A stretch of DNA of 64,000 nt from Escherichia coli (lineage in GTDB: Bacteria; Pseudomonadota; Gammaproteobacteria; Enterobacterales; Enterobacteriaceae). The notes under the pieces are model-generated. The model saw nothing but the letters and a program-made list of their open reading frames with translations. It had not been told where the DNA came from and searched no databases. The stretch's first letter is position 1. Each line of letters begins with the position of its first letter. The position numbers and the translations under genes were made by a program. The DNA lies in NCBI RefSeq assembly GCF_030384885.1, contig NZ_CP128613.1, one strand, 5' to 3'. Of the stretch, positions 12,627-27,506 are shown in pieces.

Positions 12627-13979
12627 ATGAGTTCTTTAAGTCAGGCTGCAAGCAGTGTGGAAAAACGCACGAATGCTCGTTACTGGATAGTGGTGATGTT
12701 GTTTATCGTCACATCCTTCAACTACGGCGACCGCGCTACGCTCTCTATCGCCGGTTCGGAAATGGCCAAAGATATCGGCCTTGATCCAGTGGGAATGGGT
12801 TATGTGTTCTCAGCTTTCTCATGGGCTTATGTTATCGGGCAGATCCCTGGTGGCTGGTTGCTGGACCGTTTTGGTTCAAAACGCGTCTACTTCTGGTCGA
12901 TCTTTATCTGGTCGATGTTTACCTTGCTGCAAGGCTTCGTCGATATTTTTAGTGGATTCGGCATTATCGTTGCCCTGTTTACGCTGCGCTTCCTAGTCGG
13001 GCTTGCTGAAGCGCCATCTTTCCCCGGTAACAGTCGCATTGTAGCGGCCTGGTTTCCGGCGCAGGAAAGGGGAACGGCGGTGTCTATTTTTAACTCCGCC
13101 CAATACTTCGCAACGGTGATCTTCGCGCCGATTATGGGCTGGCTGACTCATGAAGTGGGTTGGTCACATGTCTTCTTCTTCATGGGCGGTCTGGGCATTG
13201 TCATCAGCTTTATCTGGTTGAAAGTCATCCATGAGCCAAATCAACATCCGGGCGTAAATCAGAAAGAGCTGGAGTACATCGCCGCGGGTGGTGCGCTGAT
13301 CAATATGGATCAGCAAAACACCAAAGTTAAAGTACCGTTCAGCGTGAAGTGGGGGCAGATCAAACAGCTGCTCGGGTCACGGATGATGATCGGCGTTTAT
13401 ATCGGTCAGTACTGTATCAACGCCCTGACTTACTTCTTTATTACCTGGTTCCCGGTTTATCTGGTGCAGGCACGCGGGATGTCGATTCTGAAAGCGGGCT
13501 TTGTGGCTTCCGTTCCGGCGGTTTGCGGTTTTATCGGCGGTGTGCTGGGTGGGATTATTTCTGACTGGCTGATGCGCCGCACGGGATCGCTGAACATTGC
13601 GCGTAAAACACCGATCGTAATGGGCATGTTGCTGTCGATGGTGATGGTGTTCTGCAACTACGTCAACGTTGAGTGGATGATCATCGGCTTTATGGCGCTG
13701 GCCTTCTTCGGTAAGGGCATCGGGGCGCTGGGTTGGGCAGTAATGGCAGATACCGCCCCAAAAGAGATCAGCGGTCTTTCCGGTGGCCTGTTCAACATGT
13801 TCGGTAACATTTCTGGCATCGTCACGCCAATCGCAATTGGTTATATCGTTGGCACGACTGGCTCGTTTAATGGGGCGCTGATTTATGTTGGTGTTCATGC
13901 CTTAATCGCGGTACTGAGCTACCTGGTGCTGGTGGGCGATATCAAGCGTATCGAGTTGAAACCTGTTGCGGGGCAATAA
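12627..13979 (+). CDS. gudP: Glucarate/galactarate MFS transporter
   Basis: 450-aa polytopic [29 protein letters not shown]...; first gene of gudPXD. Confidence 0.88.
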   Translation: MSSLSQAASSVEKRTNARYWIVVMLFIVTSFNYGDRATLSIAGSEMAKDIGLDPVGMGYVFSAFSWAYVIGQIPGGWLLDRFGSKRVYFWSIFIWSMFTLLQGFVDIFSGFGIIVALFTLRFLVGLAEAPSFPGNSRIVAAWFPAQERGTAVSIFNSAQYFATVIFAPIMGWLTHEVGWSHVFFFMGGLGIVISFIWLKVIHEPNQHPGVNQKELEYIAAGGALINMDQQNTKVKVPFSVKWGQIKQLLGSRMMIGVYIGQYCINALTYFFITWFPVYLVQARGMSILKAGFVASVPAVCGFIGGVLGGIISDWLMRRTGSLNIARKTPIVMGMLLSMVMVFCNYVNVEWMIIGFMALAFFGKGIGALGWAVMADTAPKEISGLSGGLFNMFGNISGIVTPIAIGYIVGTTGSFNGALIYVGVHALIAVLSYLVLVGDIKRIELKPVAGQ

Positions 13980-13980
13980 G

Positions 13981-15321
13981 ATGGCGACACAATCCAGTCC
14001 TGTTATTACTGATATGAAAGTCATTCCGGTGGCCGGGCATGACAGCATGTTGCTTAATATTGGTGGTGCACATAACGCATATTTCACCCGCAATATTGTG
14101 GTACTCACCGATAACGCCGGGCATACCGGTATTGGTGAAGCGCCCGGCGGAGAGGTGATTTATCAGACACTGGTCGATGCTATTCCGATGGTGCTGGGCC
14201 AGGAGATCGCACGACTGAATAAAGTGGTTCAGCAGGTGCATAAAGGTAATCAGGCAGCCGATTTTGATACCTTCGGCAAAGGTGCCTGGACTTTTGAATT
14301 GCGCGTTAATGCCGTGGCGGCGCTGGAAGCCGCCTTGCTTGACCTGCTAGGTAAGGCGCTGAATGTTCCGGTCTGCGAACTGTTAGGGCCAGGCAAGCAA
14401 CGCGATGCTATTACTGTCCTCGGTTATCTGTTTTATATCGGTGATCGGACCAAAACCGATCTTCCTTATCTGGAAAATACGCCGGGCAACCATGAGTGGT
14501 ATCAATTGCGGCATCAGAAAGCGATGAACAGCGAAGCCGTTGTGCGTCTGGCGGAAGCCTCACAGGATCGCTACGGCTTTAAAGATTTCAAACTTAAGGG
14601 CGGAGTGTTACCTGGCGAGCAAGAAATCGACACTGTTCGTGCATTGAAGAAACGCTTCCCGGATGCGCGGATTACCGTTGATCCCAACGGTGCATGGCTG
14701 CTTGATGAAGCCATTTCTCTGTGCAAAGGGCTGAATGATGTTCTCACCTATGCGGAAGACCCGTGCGGCGCTGAGCAGGGTTTCTCCGGACGTGAAGTGA
14801 TGGCTGAGTTTCGGCGGGCGACCGGCTTGCCCGTCGCGACTAATATGATCGCCACCAACTGGCGCGAAATGGGCCATGCGGTGATGCTCAATGCGGTAGA
14901 TATTCCACTTGCCGATCCGCACTTCTGGACGCTTTCCGGTGCAGTCCGCGTGGCGCAGCTTTGCGACGACTGGGGGCTGACCTGGGGCTGCCATTCCAAT
15001 AACCACTTTGATATCTCTCTGGCGATGTTTACCCATGTGGGTGCGGCGGCACCGGGTAATCCTACCGCTATCGATACCCACTGGATTTGGCAGGAGGGAG
15101 ATTGTCGCCTGACCAAAAATCCGCTGGAGATTAAAAACGGAAAAATTGCCGTTCCTGATGCGCCCGGTCTGGGCGTGGAACTGGACTGGGAACAGGTACA
15201 AAAGGCACATGAGGCCTATAAACGTCTGCCTGGCGGTGCGCGTAACGACGCAGGCCCGATGCAGTACCTGATCCCCGGCTGGACTTTTGACCGTAAACGT
15301 CCCGTTTTCGGCCGTCATTGA
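13981..15321 (+). CDS. gudX: Glucarate dehydratase-related protein (enolase superfamily)
   Basis: ORF track starts 13966; ATG at 13981 gives [24 protein letters not shown]...; paralogous to the following gene. Confidence 0.88.
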   Translation: MATQSSPVITDMKVIPVAGHDSMLLNIGGAHNAYFTRNIVVLTDNAGHTGIGEAPGGEVIYQTLVDAIPMVLGQEIARLNKVVQQVHKGNQAADFDTFGKGAWTFELRVNAVAALEAALLDLLGKALNVPVCELLGPGKQRDAITVLGYLFYIGDRTKTDLPYLENTPGNHEWYQLRHQKAMNSEAVVRLAEASQDRYGFKDFKLKGGVLPGEQEIDTVRALKKRFPDARITVDPNGAWLLDEAISLCKGLNDVLTYAEDPCGAEQGFSGREVMAEFRRATGLPVATNMIATNWREMGHAVMLNAVDIPLADPHFWTLSGAVRVAQLCDDWGLTWGCHSNNHFDISLAMFTHVGAAAPGNPTAIDTHWIWQEGDCRLTKNPLEIKNGKIAVPDAPGLGVELDWEQVQKAHEAYKRLPGGARNDAGPMQYLIPGWTFDRKRPVFGRH

Positions 15322-15341
15322 TTTTGAAAAAGGACATAGAT

Positions 15342-16682
15342 ATGAGTTTTCAATTTACGACGCCTGTTGTTACTGAAATGCAGGTCATCCCGGTGGCGGG
15401 CCATGACAGTATGCTGATGAATCTGAGTGGTGCACACGCACCGTTCTTCACGCGTAATATTGTGATTATCAAAGATAATTCTGGTCACACTGGCGTAGGG
15501 GAAATTCCCGGCGGCGAGAAAATCCGTAAAACGCTGGAAGATGCAATTCCGCTGGTGGTGGGTAAAACGCTGGGTGAATACAAAAACGTTCTGACGCTGG
15601 TGCGTAATACATTTGCCGATCGTGATGCCGGCGGGCGCGGTTTGCAGACATTTGATTTGCGGACCACTATTCATGTGGTTACTGGGATAGAAGCGGCAAT
15701 GCTGGATCTGCTGGGGCAGCATCTGGGGGTTAACGTGGCATCGCTGCTGGGCGATGGTCAACAGCGTAGCGAAGTCGAAATGCTCGGTTATCTGTTCTTC
15801 GTCGGTAATCGCAAAGCCACACCGCTGCCGTATCAAAGCCAGCCGGATGACTCATGCGACTGGTATCGCCTGCGTCACGAAGAAGCGATGACGCCGGATG
15901 CGGTGGTGCGCCTGGCGGAAGCGGCATATGAAAAATATGGCTTCAACGATTTCAAACTGAAGGGCGGTGTACTGGCCGGAGAAGAAGAAGCCGAATCTAT
16001 TGTGGCACTGGCGCAACGCTTCCCGCAGGCGCGTATTACCCTCGATCCTAACGGTGCCTGGTCGCTGAACGAAGCGATTAAAATCGGTAAATACCTGAAA
16101 GGTTCGCTGGCTTATGCAGAAGATCCGTGTGGTGCGGAGCAAGGTTTCTCCGGGCGTGAAGTGATGGCAGAGTTCCGTCGCGCGACTGGCCTGCCGACCG
16201 CAACCAATATGATCGCCACTGACTGGCGGCAGATGGGCCATACGCTCTCGTTACAATCCGTTGATATCCCGCTGGCGGATCCGCATTTCTGGACGATGCA
16301 AGGTTCGGTACGTGTGGCGCAAATGTGCCATGAATTTGGCCTGACCTGGGGTTCACACTCTAACAACCACTTCGATATTTCCCTTGCGATGTTTACCCAT
16401 GTAGCCGCTGCTGCACCGGGTAAAATTACTGCTATTGATACGCACTGGATCTGGCAGGAAGGCAATCAGCGTCTGACCAAAGAACCGTTTGAGATCAAAG
16501 GCGGGCTGGTACAGGTGCCGCAAAAACCAGGATTGGGCGTAGAAATCGATATGGATCAGGTGATGAAAGCCCACGAGCTGTATCAGAAACACGGGCTTGG
16601 CGCGCGTGACGATGCAATGGGAATGCAGTATCTGATTCCTGGCTGGACGTTCGATAACAAGCGTCCGTGCATGGTGCGTTAA
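15342..16682 (+). CDS. gudD: Glucarate dehydratase
   Basis: ATG at 15342 gives [28 protein letters not shown]...; enolase-superfamily paralog of gudX. Confidence 0.9.
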   Translation: MSFQFTTPVVTEMQVIPVAGHDSMLMNLSGAHAPFFTRNIVIIKDNSGHTGVGEIPGGEKIRKTLEDAIPLVVGKTLGEYKNVLTLVRNTFADRDAGGRGLQTFDLRTTIHVVTGIEAAMLDLLGQHLGVNVASLLGDGQQRSEVEMLGYLFFVGNRKATPLPYQSQPDDSCDWYRLRHEEAMTPDAVVRLAEAAYEKYGFNDFKLKGGVLAGEEEAESIVALAQRFPQARITLDPNGAWSLNEAIKIGKYLKGSLAYAEDPCGAEQGFSGREVMAEFRRATGLPTATNMIATDWRQMGHTLSLQSVDIPLADPHFWTMQGSVRVAQMCHEFGLTWGSHSNNHFDISLAMFTHVAAAAPGKITAIDTHWIWQEGNQRLTKEPFEIKGGLVQVPQKPGLGVEIDMDQVMKAHELYQKHGLGARDDAMGMQYLIPGWTFDNKRPCMVR

Positions 16683-16803
16683 GACAGAAAACCAAAACCG
16701 GCTCTGTCTGGAGCCGGGTTGAGTCTAATGCCAAACGCAAAATTGCCTGTTGCGCTACGTATCAGGCCTACATTATTTTTTTAATTCATTGAATTTAATT
16801 GGT

Positions 16804-16846
16804 GTTTATGCCGGATAAGGCGTTAACGCCGCATCCGGCATAAACA
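16804..16846. repeat. REP element (palindromic unit)
   Basis: gtttatgccggataaggcgttaacgccgcatccggcataaac, a near-perfect palindrome of the classic GCCGGATG...CATCCGGC type, between convergent gudD and barA. Confidence 0.7.
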
Positions 16847-16913
16847 CAGGCACCTTGTCACCAGTCTAAAACCAGCGTTATAAAAAGCCGATTGCTACTC
16901 GACAAGACGTCCA

Positions 16914-19670
16914 TTACCCGAGAATTTTGCTGGCTTCGCGCGCTACATTATCCATCTCGTCCAACAGTTCCAGCAGCTCCGGCTCCAAATCTTCTTCTTT
17001 AGTACCGCTACGTAGCTGTTGTTCGATCAGTTGGCAGAGATTCTTCATACGCGGCACACCGCTATAGCCGCAACTGCCATGCAGTTTATGAATCAAATCA
17101 ACCAGGCCTTCCGGGTTTTCTCCAACCAGTTGTTCCTCAACTTTGTTGCGAACTTCAGGCAGGAAATCGAGTAACATTTGCAGCATATCGCGCGCTAAAT
17201 CGGTTTTTCCTGCTGCCTGGCGTAGTGCCAGTTGCCAGTCGAGGGTCGCATTCGGGTTCACCACAATTTCATTGACTTCGGGGGTCACGACGCGAGAGGA
17301 AATACCGCTGCCAGGCTTGTAGCGCAACAGCAAATTATGCAATCGTTCTTCTTCAATCGGTTTCGCCAGATAATCGCTCATCCCTGCGCCAAGCAGCTTC
17401 TCTTTTTGCCCGGCCATTGCATGCGCCGTTACCGCGATAACCGGCGTTTGTTGCTGATGGGGGAGCTGGTGGATGAGTTCGCAGGCCCGAATACCGTCCA
17501 TGTCCGGCATTTGAATATCCATTAAGATCAAATCGAACGGCATCTGTTTCGCCCGTTCAACCGCCTGATGCCCGCTATCGCAAAGTTCCACATGTTGCAC
17601 CATATCTTCCAGTAACGCGCCGATAAGTTTCAGGTTAGCGGGGTTGTCATCAACCGCCATGACTGTCATTGCTAGCTTACTTTCATCGGTAACAGGCAAA
17701 AGCGTGTTTTGTTTGTGATGACAAAATTCCGTCAGGGCAGGGAACAGGCGCGTAGGTGTTAATGGTTTCAGCAGACACGCGCCGATACCATCTTGCTTGA
17801 GTTTTTCAGCGTTGACCTGTGCATGGCAAGGAAGTGCCAGCATCAGAAAATCGGTCATCGATACCGCTTTCGCTAATCGCTCATGTTGCATTGTTAGCGG
17901 CTCGCGGAAGGTCACCGCAATGCCTAATAACATCATGTCGTAATGCGCGGGAGGCAGCGCGGAGAACGTTGGGCTATAAACCACTTCCAGAGGCGTTTCA
18001 CTTAAAATATCCAGCGTGCATTGCGCTGCTGCGGAGTTTGGTTCGACATAGGCCAGGCGCTTGCCGGCGAGGCACTGGGTGGATGGCCCTTCGATAATAA
18101 TGTTCGGATTCAGATCGAGATTAATGTGGAACCAGAAAGTTGAACCGCGATTCGGCTGGCTATGGAACGAAATATCGCCGCCCATTTCATTAACCAGTTT
18201 CTGTGTGATCACCAGCCCCAGCCCGGTGCCACCATGACGGCGGGATATACTGGCATCAGCCTGTCGGAAGGCCTGGAATAAGCGCGATTGATCGCGTTCA
18301 GGAATACCAATGCCGGTATCCCGAATCTGCACTTCAATCTGCACTTTGGTATTACTCAGCGCACGTTTTTCTACCAGAATATCAATGTTGCCATTCTCGG
18401 TGAATTTAATTGCATTCCCCACCAGGTTAGTGATGATTTGCTGTAATCGCAGTGGGTCGCCAATTACGTTATCGGGCACGTCGCTCTTAATATTGAGCGT
18501 CAGTTCCAGCCCTTTATCGTGAGAAGAATGTGCCAGCAGGGTAACGACTTCATCCAGCGTGCTGCGTAGTGGGAATGGAATACTTTCCAGAATCAGCTTA
18601 CCTGCTTCCAGTTTCGAGAAGTCGAGAACATCATTAATAATTGCCAGCAAATTATTTGCCGAACGTTCAATCGTATTCAGGTGATCGCGCTGCGTTGGTG
18701 TTAATTCTGTTTTCAGCGTCAGGCGGGTAAAGCCAATAACGCCATTGAGCGGAGTTCGCAGCTCGTGGGACATATTTGCCAGAAACTCAGACTTAATCCG
18801 CGCCGCTTCCTGGGCACGTTTTTTCGCCAGATCCAACTCAACGTTCTGAATTTCCATCTGCTCCAGCGTTTCACGTAGATCGGACGTCGCCTGGTCGATA
18901 TTGTGCTGCATCTCTTCGTGATAAGCAGCCAGCGACATTGCCATCGAGTTGATACCGTTTTTCAGCATATCCAGCTCGCCGAGCATAAATCCTTCCACAC
19001 GGCTGTCGAGTTGCCCGCGACGGATGCGGTCGACGGTATTCACCATATTGCGAATCGGACCGGTTACATCGCGCATTAAGCGCCAGCCAAAAATAAGCGC
19101 AATACCGATACAAAACAGCATCATCACGCTGGAAATAAAGATCTCTTTATATTGCTGCAAGCGAACCGATTTAAGATCCAGCTCAAGCGCAATATATCCC
19201 AACATATTTTGACTATTTTTGGCATCGCTACTGGGCGATTCGTCGGGGGAATAACTCTCGGAAATAATTGGTGTGCGTAAGATCATAATATCACCGTCAC
19301 GTGTGACAGTGAGCTGGCGAGGAAACGGCACGTTGCTGCCGAGCTGCATTGATGAGGGATCAAGATGAAAATTGGAGGTGACAAAGAGTCGGTTATTTTC
19401 ATCATAAACCGAAATCGCGCGAACAATATCGGAATGGCGACGATGCAGTACGCTTATTAACTGACCGATAGATTCGCGATTTTGCAGGCTCATGCCATAT
19501 TCAGTAGAAACTGCAAGCGGCTCAATAATGCTGGCACCGGCATCTTCCAGTTGACGCTGCAAGTCGTTATAGCGATGCACGACGAAAAAGATACTCAGCA
19601 ATAAACCAATCAGGACGGTCGGTGCCAGGATCAGAATCATCATGCGTGCGCGCAGGCTGTAGTTGGTCAT
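16914..19670 (-). CDS. barA: Hybrid sensor histidine kinase BarA (partner of UvrY)
   Basis: 918-aa ORF with HAMP, HisKA (SHELRTPLN), HATPase, receiver and HPt regions. Confidence 0.92.
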   Translation of the reverse strand: MTNYSLRARMMILILAPTVLIGLLLSIFFVVHRYNDLQRQLEDAGASIIEPLAVSTEYGMSLQNRESIGQLISVLHRRHSDIVRAISVYDENNRLFVTSNFHLDPSSMQLGSNVPFPRQLTVTRDGDIMILRTPIISESYSPDESPSSDAKNSQNMLGYIALELDLKSVRLQQYKEIFISSVMMLFCIGIALIFGWRLMRDVTGPIRNMVNTVDRIRRGQLDSRVEGFMLGELDMLKNGINSMAMSLAAYHEEMQHNIDQATSDLRETLEQMEIQNVELDLAKKRAQEAARIKSEFLANMSHELRTPLNGVIGFTRLTLKTELTPTQRDHLNTIERSANNLLAIINDVLDFSKLEAGKLILESIPFPLRSTLDEVVTLLAHSSHDKGLELTLNIKSDVPDNVIGDPLRLQQIITNLVGNAIKFTENGNIDILVEKRALSNTKVQIEVQIRDTGIGIPERDQSRLFQAFRQADASISRRHGGTGLGLVITQKLVNEMGGDISFHSQPNRGSTFWFHINLDLNPNIIIEGPSTQCLAGKRLAYVEPNSAAAQCTLDILSETPLEVVYSPTFSALPPAHYDMMLLGIAVTFREPLTMQHERLAKAVSMTDFLMLALPCHAQVNAEKLKQDGIGACLLKPLTPTRLFPALTEFCHHKQNTLLPVTDESKLAMTVMAVDDNPANLKLIGALLEDMVQHVELCDSGHQAVERAKQMPFDLILMDIQMPDMDGIRACELIHQLPHQQQTPVIAVTAHAMAGQKEKLLGAGMSDYLAKPIEEERLHNLLLRYKPGSGISSRVVTPEVNEIVVNPNATLDWQLALRQAAGKTDLARDMLQMLLDFLPEVRNKVEEQLVGENPEGLVDLIHKLHGSCGYSGVPRMKNLCQLIEQQLRSGTKEEDLEPELLELLDEMDNVAREASKILG

Positions 19671-19726
19671 GGAGTTCCGTTATGGGACAATTAAGGTCAC
19701 ACTGTTAAATTGAGAAAGTCTCGCCA

Positions 19727-21028
19727 ATGGCGCAATTCTACTCTGCAAAACGACGCACGACGACGCGTCAGATCATAACTGTTTCAGTCAACGACCTCGA
19801 CTCTTTTGGTCAGGGCGTGGCACGACATAACGGCAAAGCGTTATTTATTCCTGGATTATTGCCACAGGAAAACGCGGAAGTTACTGTTACTGAAGATAAA
19901 AAACAGTACGCCCGCGCTAAAGTCGTGCGCCGGTTAAGCGATAGCCCGGAACGCGAAACGCCACGCTGCCCTCATTTTGGCGTATGCGGTGGCTGTCAGC
20001 AACAACACGCCAGCGAGGATTTACAGCAGCGAAGCAAAAGTGCGGCACTCGCCCGATTAATGAAACACGAAGTCTCTGAAGTGATCGCCGATGTTCCCTG
20101 GGGCTATCGCCGTCGCGCGCGTTTAAGTTTGAACTACTTACCGAAAACACAGCAACTTCAGATGGGGTTTCGCAAAGCGGGCTCCAGTGACATTGTCGAC
20201 GTTAAACAATGCCCCATTTTAGTGCCCCAACTTGAAGCATTGCTGCCCAAAGTCAGGGCATGCCTGGGCAGCTTACAAGCTATGCGCCATCTTGGTCATG
20301 TTGAACTGGTACAGGCAACCAGCGGCACGCTGATGATTTTGCGCCATACCGCACCGCTAAGTTCGGCAGATCGCGAAAAACTGGAACGCTTTTCGCATTC
20401 TGAAGGCCTGGATCTGTATCTCGCCCCCGATAGTGAGATACTCGAAACCGTCTCTGGTGAGATGCCCTGGTATGACTCAAACGGGTTGCGCTTAACTTTT
20501 AGCCCGCGCGATTTTATTCAGGTCAATGCGGGTGTGAACCAAAAAATGGTAGCGCGTGCGTTGGAATGGCTGGATGTACAACCTGAAGATCGCGTACTGG
20601 ATCTGTTCTGCGGTATGGGCAACTTTACACTGCCATTGGCGACACAAGCTGCCAGTGTGGTGGGTGTAGAAGGCGTTCCGGCGCTGGTTGAAAAAGGCCA
20701 GCAGAATGCGCGTCTTAATAGCTTACACAATGTGACGTTTTATCACGAAAATCTTGAAGAAGATGTCACAAAGCAGCCGTGGGCGAAAAACGGCTTCGAT
20801 AAAGTGTTGCTGGACCCGGCGCGAGCAGGTGCCGCAGGTGTTATGCAGCAAATTATAAAACTGGAACCTATTCGTATAGTTTATGTATCCTGTAATCCTG
20901 CAACGCTGGCTCGGGATAGCGAAGCGTTATTAAAAGCAGGATATACCATTGCGCGACTGGCGATGCTGGATATGTTCCCACACACGGGACATCTGGAATC
21001 GATGGTACTTTTCTCGCGCGTTAAATAG
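19727..21028 (+). CDS. rlmD: 23S rRNA (uracil1939-C5)-methyltransferase
   Basis: 433-aa ORF with a Cys cluster ([11 protein letters not shown]) and SAM-dependent methyltransferase C-terminus. Confidence 0.9.
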   Translation: MAQFYSAKRRTTTRQIITVSVNDLDSFGQGVARHNGKALFIPGLLPQENAEVTVTEDKKQYARAKVVRRLSDSPERETPRCPHFGVCGGCQQQHASEDLQQRSKSAALARLMKHEVSEVIADVPWGYRRRARLSLNYLPKTQQLQMGFRKAGSSDIVDVKQCPILVPQLEALLPKVRACLGSLQAMRHLGHVELVQATSGTLMILRHTAPLSSADREKLERFSHSEGLDLYLAPDSEILETVSGEMPWYDSNGLRLTFSPRDFIQVNAGVNQKMVARALEWLDVQPEDRVLDLFCGMGNFTLPLATQAASVVGVEGVPALVEKGQQNARLNSLHNVTFYHENLEEDVTKQPWAKNGFDKVLLDPARAGAAGVMQQIIKLEPIRIVYVSCNPATLARDSEALLKAGYTIARLAMLDMFPHTGHLESMVLFSRVK

Positions 21029-21075
21029 TTACGATTTGCCGATTTCGGCAGGTCTGGTCCCTAAAGGAGAGGACG

Positions 21076-23310
21076 ATGGTTGCGGTAAGAAGTGCACATA
21101 TAAATAAGGCTGGTGAATTTGATCCGGAAAAATGGATCGCAAGTCTGGGAATTACCAGCCAGAAGTCGTGTGAGTGCTTAGCCGAAACCTGGGCGTATTG
21201 TCTGCAGCAGACGCAGGGGCATCCGGATGCCAGTCTGTTATTGTGGCGTGGTGTTGAGATGGTGGAGATCCTCTCGACATTAAGTATGGACATTGACACG
21301 CTGCGGGCGGCGCTGCTGTTCCCTCTGGCGGATGCCAACGTAGTTAGCGAAGATGTGCTGCGTGAGAGCGTCGGTAAGTCGGTCGTTAACCTTATTCACG
21401 GCGTGCGTGATATGGCGGCGATCCGCCAGCTGAAAGCGACGCATACCGATTCTGTTTCCTCCGAACAGGTCGATAACGTTCGCCGGATGTTATTGGCGAT
21501 GGTCGATGATTTCCGCTGCGTGGTCATCAAACTGGCAGAGCGTATTGCTCATCTGCGCGAAGTAAAAGACGCGCCGGAAGATGAACGCGTACTGGCGGCA
21601 AAAGAGTGCACCAATATCTACGCGCCGTTGGCGAACCGTCTTGGGATTGGGCAACTGAAATGGGAGCTGGAAGATTACTGCTTCCGTTATCTCCACCCGA
21701 CCGAATACAAACGCATCGCAAAACTGCTGCATGAACGCCGTCTCGACCGCGAACACTATATCGAAGAGTTTGTCGGTCATCTGCGCGCTGAGATGAAAGC
21801 TGAAGGCGTTAAAGCTGAAGTGTATGGTCGTCCGAAACACATCTACAGTATCTGGCGCAAAATGCAGAAAAAGAACCTCGCCTTCGATGAGCTGTTTGAT
21901 GTGCGTGCGGTACGTATTGTCGCCGAGCGTTTACAGGATTGTTATGCCGCACTGGGGATAGTGCACACTCACTATCGCCACCTGCCGGATGAGTTTGACG
22001 ATTACGTTGCTAACCCGAAACCAAACGGTTATCAGTCTATTCATACCGTGGTTCTGGGGCCGGGTGGCAAAACCGTTGAGATCCAAATCCGCACCAAACA
22101 GATGCATGAAGATGCAGAGTTGGGTGTTGCTGCGCACTGGAAATATAAAGAAGGCGCGGCAGCTGGCGGCGCACGTTCGGGACATGAAGACCGAATTGCC
22201 TGGCTGCGTAAACTGATTGCGTGGCAGGAAGAGATGGCTGATTCCGGCGAAATGCTCGACGAAGTACGCAGCCAGGTCTTTGACGACCGGGTGTATGTCT
22301 TTACGCCGAAAGGTGATGTCGTTGATTTGCCTGCGGGATCAACGCCGCTGGACTTCGCTTACCACATCCACAGTGATGTCGGACACCGCTGCATCGGGGC
22401 AAAAATAGGCGGGCGCATTGTGCCGTTCACCTACCAGTTGCAGATGGGCGACCAGATTGAAATTATCACCCAGAAACAGCCGAACCCCAGCCGTGACTGG
22501 TTAAACCCAAACCTCGGTTACGTCACAACCAGCCGTGGGCGTTCGAAAATTCACGCCTGGTTCCGTAAACAGGATCGTGACAAAAATATTCTGGCAGGGC
22601 GGCAAATCCTTGACGACGAGCTGGAACATCTGGGGATCAGCCTGAAAGAAGCAGAAAAACATCTGCTGCCGCGTTACAACTTCAATGATGTCGACGAGTT
22701 GTTAGCAGCGATTGGTGGCGGGGATATCCGTCTCAATCAGATGGTGAACTTCCTGCAATCGCAATTTAATAAGCCGAGTGCCGAAGAGCAGGATGCCGCC
22801 GCGCTGAAGCAACTTCAGCAAAAAAGCTATACGCCGCAAAACCGCAGTAAAGATAACGGTCGTGTGGTGGTAGAAGGTGTCGGCAACCTGATGCACCACA
22901 TCGCGCGTTGCTGCCAGCCGATTCCTGGAGATGAGATTGTCGGCTTCATTACCCAGGGGCGCGGTATTTCAGTACACCGCGCCGATTGCGAACAACTGGC
23001 GGAACTGCGCTCCCATGCGCCGGAACGCATTGTTGACGCTGTATGGGGCGAGAGTTACTCCGCCGGATATTCGCTGGTGGTTCGTGTTCTGGCTAATGAT
23101 CGTAGTGGGTTGTTACGTGATATCACGACCATTCTCGCCAACGAGAAGGTGAACGTGCTTGGCGTTGCCAGCCGTAGCGACACCAAACAGCAACTGGCAA
23201 CCATCGACATGACTATTGAGATTTACAACCTGCAAGTGCTGGGCCGCGTGCTGGGTAAACTCAACCAGGTGCCGGATGTTATCGACGCACGTCGGTTGCA
23301 TGGGAATTAA
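21076..23310 (+). CDS. relA: GTP pyrophosphokinase ((p)ppGpp synthetase I)
   Basis: 744-aa ORF MVAVRSAHINKAGEFDPEKWIASLG... ending ...DVIDARRLHGN. Confidence 0.95.
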   Translation: MVAVRSAHINKAGEFDPEKWIASLGITSQKSCECLAETWAYCLQQTQGHPDASLLLWRGVEMVEILSTLSMDIDTLRAALLFPLADANVVSEDVLRESVGKSVVNLIHGVRDMAAIRQLKATHTDSVSSEQVDNVRRMLLAMVDDFRCVVIKLAERIAHLREVKDAPEDERVLAAKECTNIYAPLANRLGIGQLKWELEDYCFRYLHPTEYKRIAKLLHERRLDREHYIEEFVGHLRAEMKAEGVKAEVYGRPKHIYSIWRKMQKKNLAFDELFDVRAVRIVAERLQDCYAALGIVHTHYRHLPDEFDDYVANPKPNGYQSIHTVVLGPGGKTVEIQIRTKQMHEDAELGVAAHWKYKEGAAAGGARSGHEDRIAWLRKLIAWQEEMADSGEMLDEVRSQVFDDRVYVFTPKGDVVDLPAGSTPLDFAYHIHSDVGHRCIGAKIGGRIVPFTYQLQMGDQIEIITQKQPNPSRDWLNPNLGYVTTSRGRSKIHAWFRKQDRDKNILAGRQILDDELEHLGISLKEAEKHLLPRYNFNDVDELLAAIGGGDIRLNQMVNFLQSQFNKPSAEEQDAAALKQLQQKSYTPQNRSKDNGRVVVEGVGNLMHHIARCCQPIPGDEIVGFITQGRGISVHRADCEQLAELRSHAPERIVDAVWGESYSAGYSLVVRVLANDRSGLLRDITTILANEKVNVLGVASRSDTKQQLATIDMTIEIYNLQVLGRVLGKLNQVPDVIDARRLHGN

Positions 23311-23404
23311 TCTGCATAGCTGGATATGGCATCAGCTGTATCCAGCGGTATCTTTTACTCGAAGGTATTACACCTGACAGACCCGCAATTTTCAGGACAT
23401 TCTA

Positions 23405-24196
23405 ATGAATCAAATCGATCGTTTGCTCACTATTATGCAGCGTCTTCGCGACCCGGAAAATGGCTGCCCGTGGGATAAAGAGCAGACATTCGCCACCATT
23501 GCACCTTACACTCTTGAAGAAACCTACGAAGTGCTGGACGCCATCGCCCGTGAAGACTTTGACGATCTGCGCGGTGAACTCGGCGATCTGTTGTTCCAGG
23601 TGGTGTTTTACGCGCAAATGGCTCAGGAAGAGGGGCGCTTTGATTTTAATGATATCTGCGCCGCGATTAGCGATAAGCTAGAACGTCGCCATCCACATGT
23701 TTTTGCAGGCAGTTCTGCCGAAAACAGTAATGAAGTGCTTGCCCGTTGGGAGCAAATCAAAACCGAAGAGCGCGCGCAGAAAGCGCAGCATTCGGCGCTG
23801 GACGATATTCCTCGTAGTTTACCGGCTTTAATGCGTGCGCAAAAAATCCAGAAACGTTGCGCCAACGTTGGCTTTGACTGGACGACACTCGGCCCGGTAG
23901 TCGATAAGGTCTACGAAGAGATCGACGAGGTGATGTACGAGGCGCGGCAGGCTGTTGTCGACCAGGCTAAACTGGAGGAGGAAATGGGTGACCTGCTGTT
24001 TGCCACGGTCAATCTGGCTCGCCATTTAGGGACAAAAGCGGAAATCGCATTGCAAAAAGCGAACGAAAAATTCGAGCGTCGTTTTCGCGAAGTGGAGCGT
24101 ATTGTTGCCGCGCGTGGACTGGAAATGACAGGTGTTGACCTCGAAACAATGGAAGAAGTCTGGCAACAGGTAAAACGGCAGGAAATTGATCTCTAA
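23405..24196 (+). CDS. mazG: Nucleoside triphosphate pyrophosphohydrolase MazG
   Basis: 263-aa ORF MNQIDRLLTIMQRLRDPENGCPWDKEQTF...; starts only 94 nt after the relA stop. Confidence 0.93.
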   Translation: MNQIDRLLTIMQRLRDPENGCPWDKEQTFATIAPYTLEETYEVLDAIAREDFDDLRGELGDLLFQVVFYAQMAQEEGRFDFNDICAAISDKLERRHPHVFAGSSAENSNEVLARWEQIKTEERAQKAQHSALDDIPRSLPALMRAQKIQKRCANVGFDWTTLGPVVDKVYEEIDEVMYEARQAVVDQAKLEEEMGDLLFATVNLARHLGTKAEIALQKANEKFERRFREVERIVAARGLEMTGVDLETMEEVWQQVKRQEIDL

Positions 24197-24408
24197 GGGA
24201 ATTACGCGGTCAAGCGCGATTTGTGTCATTTTTTAAATGACAAGCGCTTGATTTGCGTCAAAAACATTTACCCCAAAGGGGCTATTTTCTCACTCCTGAT
24301 TTCAATGGTGCGCTGGCGAAGAGGAGGGATAATGAAAGTTTGTGGCACAGGTCATGTTCGGGTATACTGCTTTCCCGTCCTGGTTATTCCATCGTCTTTT
24401 CAACCTAA

Positions 24409-26061
<1,653 letters not shown>

Positions 26062-26133
26062 GTAAAAAAGTTAGAACGGCAACGCGTACCCAGGGTACGC
26101 GTTGTTTGTCTGGAGTTTCAGTTTAACTAGTGA

Positions 26134-27447
<1,314 letters not shown>

Positions 27448-27465
27448 GTCTGACTTTATCTTATT

Positions 27466-27498
27466 TAAAAATGCCAGCCTTCGGGCTGGCATTTTTTA
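27466..27498 (+). terminator. Rho-independent terminator after eno (possibly bidirectional)
   Basis: aaaaatGCCAGCCttcgGGCTGGCattttttat: 7-bp GC-rich stem, 4-nt loop, T-run; the minus-strand TPM gene ends 9 nt downstream. Confidence 0.8.
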
Positions 27499-27506
27499 TG
27501 GTTGAG

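Noticed and set aside
14608-15836. Minus-strand ORFs (236 and 173 aa) opposite gudX and gudD
   Set aside because: Antisense frames of two high-confidence enolase-superfamily genes.
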